Part shown: one piece after another, positions 1-12,878 of the stretch | Layout of the letters: each line of letters starts with the position of its first letter | Position numbering within the stretch: the stretch's first letter is position 1 | Origin: Eledone cirrhosa | Taxonomy: Eukaryota | Reading direction: 5' to 3' | Length of the DNA: 64,000 nucleotides | Assembly: GCA_964016885.1 (NCBI GenBank) | Contig: OZ024747.1 | Coordinates: 17,918,001 to 17,982,000, forward strand | Translations under genes and position numbers: made by a program | The notes under the pieces: generated by a model | What the model was told of the DNA's origin: nothing | The model's database searches: none | What the model saw: the letters and a program-made list of their open reading frames with translations, nothing else

Positions 1-60
1 GTGCACTAAACTGCCAAATTATACATTAAATGATATATATATATATATATATATATATAT

Positions 61-386
61 CCATTCCATTTTATGTCCGCTTTTTCCCTGCTTACAAGGG
101 TGGGACGGGAACTGATTCTGGCTTGATTTCTACAGCTGGATGCCCTTCCTAACACCAACTTCATTTACAGTGAGTGCTAGGTGCTTTTTGCCGTGGCACC
201 TCCACGACCACTTTGCAGTGGAATGATAGGGACCCCAGTTCTTATCTCATTTCTACAGCTGAGTAAACTGGAGCAATGTGAAATAAAGTGTCTTGCTCAA
301 GGAAACAACACATCACCCAGTCTGAGAATTGAACTCACAACCTTTCGATTGCAAGGCCAATGCTCTAACCACTAAGCCATGTGCCT

Positions 387-389
<3 letters not shown>
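61..389 (-). mobile_element. tRNA-derived SINE (family A)
   Basis: Reverse-complement homolog of 2209-2546, between (TA)n tracts. Confidence 0.88.
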
Positions 390-477
<88 letters not shown>

Positions 478-949
478 GTTAAACTCTATACTGTATATGT
501 ACAGATGTGAATGATATAAATCTAATGGGTACTGTCGCTTCTTAGTGCACAGTCATTCTTTCATACAACACCTTTACTATATACATATATACCAGCCATT
601 TAGAGGTAGGTGTCAGGAAGGGCATCTCAGCATAGGGACCCTGCCAAAAATTAGAATATATAAATGAGACATGGTCTTCTTAGCTATCTAAGAGTGCAGT
701 AACTCTGAATAAGAACTGACCCACACTTTACCAACCCATCCAACCCATGCCAGCATAGAAATTAGATGTAGTAGGATAATGATGAGGATGATGATGATAA
801 AATGTGTGTGCATCTGTTTGTGTGTGTGTGCATATTAATATGCAAAAGTATTACCCAATGAAATTTCTCTTTCCATTTTTCAATGTTGTTATGGCATTTT
901 ATGTGTGTGTCCATGTATGTCATTGTGTTGTTTATGCTATCATGTGTGT

Positions 950-1175
950 ATATGTCATTGTATGTGTGTGTATGTTATTGTGTGTATGTGCGTATGTGTG
1001 TGTGTTTCAATGTTTGTATCTATGTCATTATGTGTGTGTATGTTATTGTGTGTATGTGCGTGTGTGTGTGTTTCAATGTTTGTATCTATGTCATTATGTG
1101 TGTGTATGTTATTGTGTGTATGTGCGTGTGTGTGTGTGTGGTTCAATGTTTGTATCTATGTCATTATGTGTGTGC
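950..1175. repeat. About 62-bp TG-rich tandem repeat, about 3.5 copies
   Basis: ttcaatgtttgtatctatgtcattatgtgtgtg... repeated three times. Confidence 0.85.
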
Positions 1176-1227
1176 AAATTAACATACAAAAGTGTCCCCC
1201 CTATAAATTTCTCTTTCTACTTTGCAG

Positions 1228-1354
1228 TGTCGTAGATTTTTTCAATCTGATGTCATACGACTACCATGGTGGGTCTTTTGACAAAGTGCTTGGCCACAAC
1301 AGCCCTCTCTACCCTCTCAGTACTGAAGAAGGAATAGCAAAAACATTTAACATG
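1228..1354 (+). CDS. GH18 chitinase(-like) gene, internal exon (upstream exons lie outside the window)
   Basis: ttgcag|...|gtaaaa; translates VVDFFNLMSYDYHGGSFDKVLGHNSPLY..., the GH18 'D-x-x-N-L-M-x-YD-x-HG...GHNSPLY' motif. Confidence 0.93.
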
Positions 1355-1387
1355 GTAAAAGCATTTTGTCTCTCCTCTCCCTATCTT

Positions 1388-2045
1388 TCATCATCATCAT
1401 CATCATCATCGTTTAACGTCCATATTCCACGCTTGCATGGGTTTGGATGGGAGTTTTCCCACTTGAGGCAAGAGTGGTTGTCCTGCTCGTATAGGACTGT
1501 CTGGCGGGTTTTCTACGGCTGGATGCCCTTCCTAACACCAACCACGTTTACAGTGTGGGGCTGGGAGGTTTTTACCGTGTTTCCTACACGGCCACATTAC
1601 AGCGTGGACTGTGTGTTTTTTGTCGTGACACCTACACGACCTCATTTGTTTCGGCCTGGATGTTGTGGTACCAACATAACTTTACATTGAAAGGGGTGGT
1701 GTGGATGGGATGGGGGTAGTGGGATAGGGGTATATTTTGTTAGAGGTGCCTACTGACTGTAGTAGGTTTCACTTTGTACTTAGGTAAGACGGGTCTTCTC
1801 TATTACTGTGTAGCGCCAAAGATCTCGGTCCAGTGACATTGTCTTGGAGAGGTGTAAGTGTGTGAGGTCGGAATTTATCAAGTCGTCCCAGGTTTTTCTG
1901 GGTCTGCCTACTCCGTGGCTACCGTCTATTTTTATTGCCCTGCACTTTTTTATATAGCTGTCGTCTTTCATGCGCATCACGTGACCGTACCAATGTAGTC
2001 TTCTCTCGAGGAAACAACATCTGATCCCTCTTGTTCCTAATTTTT
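1388..2045 (-). mobile_element. RTE LINE 3' fragment (same family as 32140-34292)
   Basis: RL.WYGHVMRMKDD...GRPRKTWDD, shared 3' UTR and (GAT)n tail. Confidence 0.85.
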
Positions 2046-2208
2046 CCTTTATCTATCCATTTATTTGTCTCTCTTTCTCTCTCTCTCTCCATATATATAT
2101 GTGTGTGTTATGTATTTCTGTAGAACAGGTAAAGGAAAGAAGACTGCTCTATGTATTGTACAGAGCTATTTAATTATATAATAAACAACACAATATAATC
2201 ATTCCATT

Positions 2209-2546
2209 GAGACACATGGCTTAGTGGTTAGAGCATTGGCCTTGCAATCGAAAGGTTGTGAGTTCAATTCTCAGACCGGGTGATGTGTTGTTTCCTTGAG
2301 CAAGACATTTTATTTCACATTGCTCCAGTTTACTCAGCTGTAGAAATGAGATGATAGGGACTGGGGTTCCTATCATCCACTGAAAGTGGTCGTGGAGGTG
2401 CCACGGCAAAAAAGCACCCAGCACTCACTGTAAATGAGGTTGGTGTTAGGAAGGGCATCCAGCTGTAGAAATCAAGCCAGAATCAGTTCCCGTCCCACCC
2501 TAGTAAGCAGGGAAAAGTGGACATAAAATGAAATGAGGAAATGATG
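2209..2546 (+). mobile_element. tRNA-derived SINE with RTE-derived tail (family A)
   Basis: A box TGGCTTAGTGG, B box GAGTTCAATTC, core ccttgagcaagaca...ctcagctgtagaaatgag, tail matching the RTE 3' end; homologous to 61-389 and 24559-24888. Confidence 0.88.
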
Positions 2547-2612
2547 ATTACCTAAGGTTTCATGAAATTAGACGATTCTAACAGAAATGTCCAGTTCGCT
2601 CATGTTGTTATA

Positions 2613-2700
2613 ACATAAATATTTCATCTGATGAGCGAACTGGACGTTTCTGTTTGAATCGTGAAATTTCAGGAAACCTTAGGTAATGGAATAATTATAT
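2613..2700 (+). ncRNA. Type I hammerhead ribozyme motif with atypical stem II
   Basis: Stem I atttcat/atggaat, CTGATGA 2628-2634, GAAAC 2673-2677, cttag, GTA 2683-2685. Confidence 0.58.
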
Positions 2701-2837
2701 TGTGTTGTTTATTATATGAATAAACAAGCCATGCAACCCATGTGACAGGTGCTGGTGGAGGTGCAATGATAGAAGCACCTGACATATGATGTGGAGTGAT
2801 TTGACACCTAGTCTGTCAAAACAAATGCAGAATCAAA

Positions 2838-2884
<47 letters not shown>

Positions 2885-3071
2885 AACGAGTAGGACCCCG
2901 ACGGCTGAGCTCAAGCCGTTTCGACGGCTAATTCTGGACTGAATTAGCTGTCTAAACGGCTTGAGCTCAGCCGTCGGGGTCCTACTCGTTCCTATTACCC
3001 ACTCTACTACCCTAAGTATTGAGTACTTTGGTGCGTTATGGTCCAACTGGTTCCTTACCACATTTCCTTCG

Positions 3072-3153
<82 letters not shown>

Positions 3154-6098
3154 TGACTTCTGGCGTCACGCAGTAATACAGAGTACCCAACCTCCCATGG
3201 GTACATGCTGAAGCATATAAACAATATACCCCCACACCCCCCACCGCAAGGTGGTCGTGGAGGTGCCACGGCAAAAAAGCACCCAGCCCACACTGTAAAG
3301 TGGACGTGTAGGCGCCACGAAAAAGCACCCAGCACTCACTGTAAATGAGGTTGGTGTTAGGAAGGGCATCCAGCTGTAGAAATCAAGCCAGATCAGTTCC
3401 TGTATGAGCAAGGCATGGTCACCCGACCAGACACTGCACACAACAGGACAACCCGTCTAACCCATGCTAGCATCGAAGAACGGACGTAAAACGGTGATGA
3501 TGATGATGATGATGATGATGATATATAATGTGTGTGTGTGTGTGTGAGTATGTATGTACATACATATATACATATCAGACTTATGAAACTACTGTGTACA
3601 TTCTGTCTCTTACTGTTTAGTCATACGTACTCAGTCAACTTCCAACTTAGTAAATTTTCATCTATGTCAATGGATTGACTGTATCGGTAGAGCATCGGAC
3701 AACATGCTTTGTCACATATAGTCACAGCCCGTTAGGTTCTGAGTTCAAATCCCACTGGGGTTAGCTTTGCCTTTCAACCTTAGGGTGTCGATAAAATAAA
3801 TTATCAGTAATGCACTGCGGTTGATTTATTGAACTTTCCCCTTTCCTTCAAATTGCTGGCCTTGTGCCAAATGTAAAAACAATTATAATACAGTATTCTT
3901 TTCAACAGGGCATTGAACAACACAAATAACAACATTAACCATGTGTAAAATATTTCATCTTTTTATTTATTTACATATATATCTGTCAATTTATGGCTAT
4001 TCTAAAATTTACTTCATTCATTCATACATATATACATACATACACACACTCATACATACACACGCAGACATACACACACACACATACATATAGACACACA
4101 TACATACATGCATACTATATCGATATGGACTGAGATACAGATATAGGCAGGCAGGTGGATTGGCAATATGCCATAATATGAAAGAGCCATCTACCAGTAC
4201 AAGCACTGCAACACTAAAAGTAAACATGATGAGAGACCGGAGATTACAGTGTTTGGTGACTGAACAGAGAAAATATAAGTTCTAAGAGGACTCTTCAATC
4301 TGGTTAAGCATGTAGGTGCCTCTCTAGTGCTGGTATCACAATAAAACACACCAAGTCTACTCTGTAAAGTGATAGTGTTGGTGCCATGATAAAATGCACA
4401 CATTACATTTTGTAAGGAGGCTGGTGTTAGAAAGGGCATCCAGCCATAAAAGCAATGCTAAATATGAAATGTATGAATAAAAATGAGGTCACTCTGATCG
4501 GTCTGGTTTTGGTGGGTTGCAACCCTTCCAATCTATGTCGGCATCGAAAGAGGATATAAAAACGATGTTGCTGATGATGATAATGATGACAATGATGAGG
4601 ATATCGATATATGGTCAGTCCCAATGAAGGGCCTTCCACCCCACCTCTTTTTTAGCTAACACCTCCTGCAAAGAAAAGTATGTATGTGTGTGTGTGCATG
4701 TGTGTTAGTGCATGTATAAAGCTCAAATTACATAGCAAGCTTTTCAATGTTCCACTTTCTTTCAGTGTCAGATGTGCAAAATCTCAACATGTGACTTAAA
4801 AATGAATGTTATCTTATATACTAAAGTGACATACAACACTTAGCTCTGGTGGGGTGACTAGGAAATGTAAGATAACCAAATATTTTCATTTCTACTGGGT
4901 CTCTCCAGTAGCATACACACAAACATATATTCACACACACCCTCAATATTTTGCCAATTTTCACCAGCTTCAAAATTATACATAAATGAGGTGCTAAAAT
5001 ACTTTCCCTTTGGAGGTGACTATTACATGGTTATTTGGTGTGAGAGAGATGGGGATATTGCTAAAATTTACTCTTCAGATTAAAAAAGTTCCCCAACCCT
5101 GCTTTGTTTGAAAGCAGAACTATCAGCTTAGTAGAAATACCATGTTGTACCAAATATGGCTTCTGTATAAGAAATGTGAATACTAATTATTTACAGTTTG
5201 ACCTAAACCAAATCAACAAGCTTTGACACCTCACAAGTGTCTGGTATAGAAAGGTTAGTGGAACAGCCACTGAAATAAATGTTCTTTTGGCAACTGGAAG
5301 AGAGATAATCTTCTTTGTTTTGAAAACAAAGTGGTATACATATATAGCAAACTCTCAATTTAACAGGTTAATAGGGGTGAAAGTGTATCTATTAATGGTG
5401 AAATTGACAGTAACCTAGGGGTCATTTTTAGTGTTTTTAGTGAAAAGAAAAATTAATACAATATACATGAGTACATAATATGAAATTATTTAATTATAAT
5501 ATGTAATCTTTGCTTCATCTTTTACAGTGCAGTTAAAAAGTATTTTACTTTGACTCTAGTGATAGTACAATATTGTATTATTACTTTTATTGGATTGGCA
5601 GAATAGTTAGTGCATCAGAAAAAATGTCTTACATTATTTAGTTATGAATTTCTACATTCTGAGTTCTAATCCAGCCAAGGTCAACTTTGTCTTTCGTCCT
5701 TCTGAAGTCAATAGAATAAAGTACCAGTTAAATACTGCGGTAGATATAATCAATTTTCCCTTTCCTCCAAATTGCTGGCCTTGTGCTAATGTTAGAAAGA
5801 GTTAAGTTGATATTTGAACACAACTTAAAAGAAGTTCTTACATAAAATTATGATGGAAGGTTTGTAAAGAAAAACAGTTGTGTCTCAAAGCACAGGTGGT
5901 GGTTTCAGGAAATTTGATATCAAAAGGGTTAAAATCAATTAGATAATGAAAAACTTTGAGACGTGACCAAACATTCTTTACTTTATAAAGTAATATTGAT
6001 CAATATGTGTGAATTCAAAGCTGTACAATTTTGTTCAACATATAGGATTGGACTGTTTTTTATGATTCTGTAATATACAATTTTTTTTAAACATATAG

Positions 6099-6284
6099 AA
6101 CTGGAGTGCTAACTACTGGGTACAGAATGGTTTGCCAAAAGAAAAGCTCAATATTGGTTTTCCTTTATATGGACGAGGATTTAAACTGACTAACGAAAGT
6201 TGTATTGAACCTGGATGTCCTGCTTCCGGACCTAATAATGCTGGTATATATACCAAATTAGAAGGGTTTCTCTCATTCTTTGAG
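6099..6284 (+). CDS. GH18 chitinase(-like) gene, internal exon
   Basis: tatag|...|gtaaaa, 186 nt, phase 0-0; NWSANYWVQNGLPKEKLNIGFPLYGRGFKL...GPNNAGIYTKLEGFLSFFE. Confidence 0.93.
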
Positions 6285-6604
6285 GTAAAATTATGTTGTT
6301 TTTTATTATTTTCCTTGACACAAATTTAATAACCTTATTTTCATTTTGAATGTATACTACCAAAACAAAGGGTTGTGTCAAATATATGACAACCTCTCCC
6401 GTGCATTCAGTAAAATATGAGACCTTATATGAATGAGATAACAGACCCCTAGCCTGTGTGGGAGGTCAGTAGTGCCACTTCAATACTGACTTGGTATATG
6501 TAGACCCATCCAACCCTTGCTAGCAGGGAAAGCGAATGCTAAAATGACAATGATGATGATGACTGTGTGTAGTCACACACATCCACACACACAATTAGTA
6601 GTCA

Positions 6605-7030
6605 TAATAATAATAATAATAATAATGTTTTCTTTATTAACCACAAGGGTTCACATAAAGTAGACATTAAGGACAGTACAGGACAATACAGGACGGTACA
6701 AATGGGCATTTCTGCGTGTAAAAAAAACAGAGGTTGAAATAAAATAACACAAAGAAAAATTCCCCAAAAGGGGGGAGACTTCCAAGGGACATTTGTGGAG
6801 AAAGCCCATTAAAAGACCACAGTGGCCCTGACCACCAGGGCAAGTGCCCTCTCCCAGTTTTCCACCTTTAATTTACAGACACATACTCAGAGAAGGCCCA
6901 TTCATTCGGGCCATACTTGCTTCTCTCACCCATCTTTCAACAAAATGCTGGGAAGAGAGCACTTCCCTCTCTACCCTGATTTTCCTTTTCAAATGAAATA
7001 ATAATAATATGGAAACTGCCCATATACTAA
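6605..7030 (-). mobile_element. Probable LINE 3' fragment (L1/Tx1-like)
   Basis: C-terminal-like peptide FHLKRKIRVERE...FVERW, T-rich 3' UTR and (ATT)n tail; clade assignment tentative. Confidence 0.45.
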
Positions 7031-7306
7031 GAAAATTCTGTCGGTGTAAGTATATCACAAGTGTAAACACCTAAAGATATATGTGTGTGTGTGTGTGTGT
7101 GTGAGTTTTTTCTTGAACATGGCAGACCTTGTTGTCTCTTGAGATCACTGATTATGACTTGGTGATAACTTGTATGAACATAAAGCAAGACAAATGAAAT
7201 GACAATAATAATAATAATAATAATATTAATAAAGGTTTTAAATAATTATTTTCATTTTAATAAATATTGCAATTAATTATAATAAAAATATTAAATATTC
7301 TTTCAG

Positions 7307-7426
7307 ATTTGTGAAATGCTCAAAAATGGAGCAAAGACATACTGGATTAATGAACAAAAGGTACCATATTTGGTGAAGGGTGATCAATGGATTGGATATG
7401 ATGATGCCCAGAGTCTAACTATTAAA
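7307..7426 (+). CDS. GH18 chitinase(-like) gene, internal exon
   Basis: tttcag|...|gtaaac, 120 nt; ICEMLKNGAKTYWINEQKVPYLVKGDQWIGYDDAQSLTIK (VPY...QW-GYDD motif). Confidence 0.93.
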
Positions 7427-7465
7427 GTAAACCTTTTATTTAAACATTTAAACTTTTTTTATTTT

Positions 7466-7762
<297 letters not shown>

Positions 7763-8701
7763 TAACAACCCATGAATTATCTCTGATTAAGCATTAGTGC
7801 CCTCTGAATTATTTGAACACTATTTCTTATTCTGGCTACTATGCTTTCAGAGCATACTCTCACACATACAAGCACTCTCTTTCCTACACACATATATATG
7901 TATGTATTTTTAGGTCATTCACTGGCTACTATATAAGAAAACATTATACATGGGCTCTCCATATCTTCTTTTCTATATGTATATCATCATCCTCATCATC
8001 ATTATAGTTTTTATATCTGCTTTTCTATGCTTGCATGGATTGGATGGGTTCTTCCCAGCACAGCATGTCTCCACACATCACAATCCTTTGTCATTGCCTT
8101 TGTGTGTCTCAGTAATTTGGGGTCAGCTCTCACAACCTCTGTGTATCATCTCTTAAATCCCTACATGGAAGATCCTTTGTATGTTTTGTGGGACAATGGA
8201 TCTGTATCTGGAAATTTCCTCTCCAGGGCACAAGCCTTGGCAAGACTTGCAGTTGTCCATGCATTCAAGTCTCTTCTCTTCACTGATGGCGTCCAAGGGA
8301 AAGGCACACCAGAATTGTCACAGTTATAACCACCAGAATACAAAGAGCATGAACAGATACTACAAGAGATTTTGTCCAATGTAATATTTCCATCATAACT
8401 GCTCTAAACTAGTTCTTTATTTATGAACTACAAAACAATAAAAGGTGAAGTGGACTTCAACTGGATTTAAACTCTAAGGTCAGAGAGATAGAACAAATAC
8501 CATAAAACATTTTATCTGACGTTGTAATGAATCTGCCATTTCATCTCCTTACATCACTACACAAAAAGTAAGTTTTCAGTAGTATGTCACAACCCAATAG
8601 TTTACAAGACCCATCATCATCATCATTACAGTGAAAATTATTGCATTGTTTAGTAACTGTGTTTTATTTGAGTCTTTAACAAACTTCTGTTTTATTTTTA
8701 G

Positions 8702-8830
8702 GCTCAGTGGCTGAAGAAAAATGCCTTTGGTGGTGTTGCCTTTTGGGATCTGTCACTTGGTGATTTTAATAATATGTGTGGAAATGGTTCTTACTACTTA
8801 ATAAACACTATAGAACATGCTCTGAAATAA
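8702..8830 (+). CDS. GH18 chitinase(-like) gene, terminal exon
   Basis: ttttag|; AQWLKKNAFGGVAFWDLSLGDFNNMCGNGSYYLINTIEHALK*; AATAAA at 8938-8943. Confidence 0.9.
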   Translation, partial: AQWLKKNAFGGVAFWDLSLGDFNNMCGNGSYYLINTIEHALK

Positions 8831-11529
8831 AATACAGCCAACTAACAACCAAGATATTCTGGAATAACTTTGGACACTAAATATAAGTATTATGAAAACA
8901 AGCACAAACATTTAAATTTGAATTTGATACAATTTGAAATAAAATAAATACAAGAAAAATCAACATTTACAGCTATGTTGTTGTAGATGAAAAGCATTAT
9001 ATGTGTGATATCTCGGTTACTGGGTTATTGGTGTTAATGTAAAAATATAGGAGTTATACTTGTTTGACAAGTGGCTTGATCTGAGAGTGTATGTTAAAAC
9101 TAAAGTAATTACATTCCGAAAACACACAAAATTTGTTAAATTTGATTTACAGTTAACATTTATTATTTGGTGTCAAAACCTTTGTTGCAATGTGTACAAC
9201 CAACCTAGCTCCTGGTCACAAACAGTGCAATGAAAAATCTCACATAATTAAATAAATGATAAATGTTAAGTGAATTTAACTGTTATTGTGTTTTTCTTTG
9301 AATGTCTAAAATCACTCTTCCACAATGTAATTGTTATACAAATATATTTGGTTGTAAAGTGATATTACTCAGAAAAGTTGGCATGTTTTTCATTTCTGTC
9401 AGATTGGTACTTATAATGTCTTGTATCATATTATCTTGAATATCTTTGCCGACCTGTTCATAAGCTGTTAGTTGTTTTTCAATAAAACAAATACTAGGGG
9501 TAGGAGTTAACTAGTTCAGCAGCCACCTTGTTTTGTAAAGTATGTATTTAAAGTATGTATATCCTGTTTTTTAGAATAAGTACAATGTATCCCTGTATAT
9601 TATATGAGGTTACTGGAAGGGGTTGGCATCAAGAAGGACAGCAGACCATAAAACATTACCTCAAAAGGTCTTGTCAACACATGCTAGCATGGAAAAACAA
9701 ATGGAAAAACAATGATGGTGCTGATATATTTAGTTTGCCCTTCTACGTGTTGAAAATCAGCAAATGTCAAAGTAACAGGCATGTAGTGAGGTTCATTCAG
9801 TTAGTTATACTTCACCCCTGAAAACATATCCTTGCTTTATTCCTTGAGCTCTCAATTCCTGATTGAGTCACAGTGGACACCATCATAGCATACAACATTT
9901 CTTGGGCATAACTAATTTCTTCCAGAGAGAATAAGAGATATAGAGAGAATGTCAGAAAAAAAGGAGAGAAGTATTGAGTCTAATACTGACTCTGAAAATT
10001 CTGCCTTGTGAGTAAATTTCCTTTTGGTTAAAAATTGCTGGATTAATCTCAATTGAAAAACAATAGAAGAGTGTTGCTGTTTGCTTGAACATCAACAACA
10101 TGCAATGATTTTAAATTATATATGTCATACTTGGCAACGAAGTCAGACAGCCTCCTGATCTTTTCACATGTTAATAATGTTCACTCAGCATATGTAGATT
10201 TTCAGGTCCAAGCACAGGAAATACTCCCCATTCCCCATCACTTTTTATCTGGAAACATCAGGACTAAGGGGATGGGCTACTCAATATAACCTGAAATATT
10301 CTCAAAGAGGGCCCTTCTTTACACACATTGAACTCACAGATGCCATCTATGTTGCTGCGAGAAACTGCACATATTCCACGAGACCACTTCCACTAACAGA
10401 TATGTTAAATAATTTTAAGCCATTATTTGCTAACATTATCCTATAAATTTTGCTCTACTTTCTCATTATTGTATTTCTAATGAAATGCACTGCTTATGAG
10501 TTTCAACTGATTAATTAATTTTGAAAGTAATCTAAAATTTGGAGGAATTTAATAAAATAACTAATTTTTTCATTAGAAAGCTGGTATTTAGAACATTACT
10601 TAATAAAAAGTTGCTTAAATAAAATTACAGTAAAATGTTTTAACGGAAAAATAAACATCATTAAAATGAACAGTTATGTATCTTAAATTCAGTACAGTTT
10701 GAAAAAGGTTAAATATATCAAGATTATTAGATTATTTTAAAGTAAAAGTTCAATCTTTGTTCTTGTTAGATTGACAGAGTTGTTAGATCATCAGACAAAC
10801 ACTTATCAGTATTTATTCCAGTTCTCTATGTTTTAAGTTCAAATTCCACAGAGGTTAGCTTTGCCTTTCATCCTTCTGGAGTTGATAAAATAAAGTACCA
10901 GTAAAGTACTGGGGTTGATATAATTGACTTTCCCCTCCCAAAATTGTTGGCCTTGGGCCGCAATTAGAAACCATTATATTTAATCATTATCCAAATGCAT
11001 TGTTGTAGCTTTCTAAATCACTATTCAGATTACTAATTTTTCATTCTTTATTAGTACTTTATTTTATTGACCTATGATTTGAACTCCAGAACAAATATTG
11101 CTAAAACATTTTTCTGATGCTGTAACAACTCCACCTAGGTAATAGTGTCCAATACTGAAGTGGTGTTTCTTTAAATTGTTTCATTCCCAGGATTTATAGA
11201 AACATTATTTCAAAATTGGACATATTGATTCTTTGAAAGCAAAGAGAAACAATTCAAAGAAGAGTTGTTTCAGTGCTGAGCATAATGTTATCTAATATCC
11301 CTTTGAAACAAAGAAGGGATTTCAGTCCCTCCCTTTGACTTTGAAATGCTAGGTTAGTTTTCAGCTTGTGTTGAGAAAGAAGAGATAGAGCACAAGACTA
11401 GCAACCTTACCACCATTAATCAAAATTGTTACAGAAACAATAAGTAGATACCTGGCCTGAGAGCAGGCTTGCAACCATAAGGAATGAGGGATCTCTCTTT
11501 AGCCAATGCTACATTGGGAGCAAAAATAA

Positions 11530-11754
11530 CTAAAGAAGAAGAAGAAGAATATAAATAATATAAGCAATAAGTTTAGGGTTCGTAATTCCAGCATTAGAAG
11601 CTACATCATCATCATTGCATAAATATTCATCACAGCATCTGGAGCATTTTTCTTTGCGAATTCCAAACAGAATATTCTTGCAACTAGTTAGACAATTTGT
11701 GGCACAGCCTCTCTCTATAGATTTCACATTCCCATATGTCAAACTATATTTCAC
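11530..11754 (-). CDS. Ly6/three-finger GPI protein (quiver/U-scoloptoxin-like), terminal exon
   Basis: tttcag|VKYSL...ERGCATNCLTSC...CSRCCDEYLCN then DDDVASNAG and a hydrophobic tail (GPI signal); CCxxxLCN motif. Confidence 0.9.
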   Translation of the reverse strand: MKYSLTYGNVKSIERGCATNCLTSCKNILFGIRKEKCSRCCDEYLCNDDDVASNAGITNPKLIAYIIYILLLLL

Positions 11755-12692
11755 CTGAAAATATGTAGATATATATCATTAGATTGAAAAACTTTTTACT
11801 GAATCACATTCATTTAAGGCACAAGTTGGGAATACTAATTTATATATAGTAGTGGGTAAAGGTATATTTGTATAGCACTTTTTGTTCCAATGTAAAACCT
11901 ACAAGAAAACTACAAGCCTGAGAAAGAGGACATCTTGAAGTTGGTCTTTGAAAGACTTCCAATGTTAGACGGGCAATATATTGCCAAGGATCTTTCAGAG
12001 GCTACAAAAAGGTTCAACAACAGAAACTTTTAACTGATTTGTTCTTGCTTTACACCTTTTTTCTTATTTATGCTTTTTTGCCAATTGTTTTCCTTCACTT
12101 TTTCTTCTTTTTCTGTCTGTCTTTCTCTTGTTTTTGTTTCTTAACTGTAAGGGGTATTAGATACATTTCCTAGTCTGTCATCACTCGCTAGCTTCTAAAA
12201 AAGTCTATATTCTAAATATGAGGGTTCAGTATTGAAAAGTAGGTGGATGGAGGGGTCATCCAATGACCCCTCACCCTCCCTTCTTGGTGATGAGCTTGGG
12301 GCTTTAAATGCACTTAGTTCAAATCCAGCTGAAATCAACTTTACATTTTATTGTTTTAGGGATGATAAAATGGGGTGCCAGCCCAGGGCAGTGGATTGGC
12401 AGAATTGTTAAAGTAACAGATGAGATGCCTTGTGTTAGTCATTCCAGCTCTTTATGTCCTGAGTTCAAATCTCATTATGGCCTATTTGGGTGATAGACTT
12501 AATTTGTTACCTTGTTTAACACCACCACCTGGCCCTTTGCTTGCCTTTAGCAGAGTCTTTGTTGTTGTTAATCCTAATTACAAAATATAAAACTCTACAC
12601 TTCTTGATTTTCAAAACATTCATTACAGCTCTCTTCCATAATAAACTCCTCCCATGCCAGCATAGGGATACACTAAGCCTACTTCTCTCTCT

Positions 12693-12730
<38 letters not shown>

Positions 12731-12878
12731 GATAACAAGTTATCATTTTAGGTAATCCAGTTAGAGGTTGTGATTATTCTGTACTATGGAAAGTTTGTTT
12801 TTTTATTGACTCAACAAGAGGTTTCCTTAGTTAGGTAGCGAGTTTGCGAGAATTCTCATGCAAGTTATTCTTGGAGTA

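Noticed and set aside
2212-2282. tRNA-like sequence with A and B boxes
   Set aside because: Continues into a SINE core and tail and recurs in several copies: a SINE head, not a tRNA gene.
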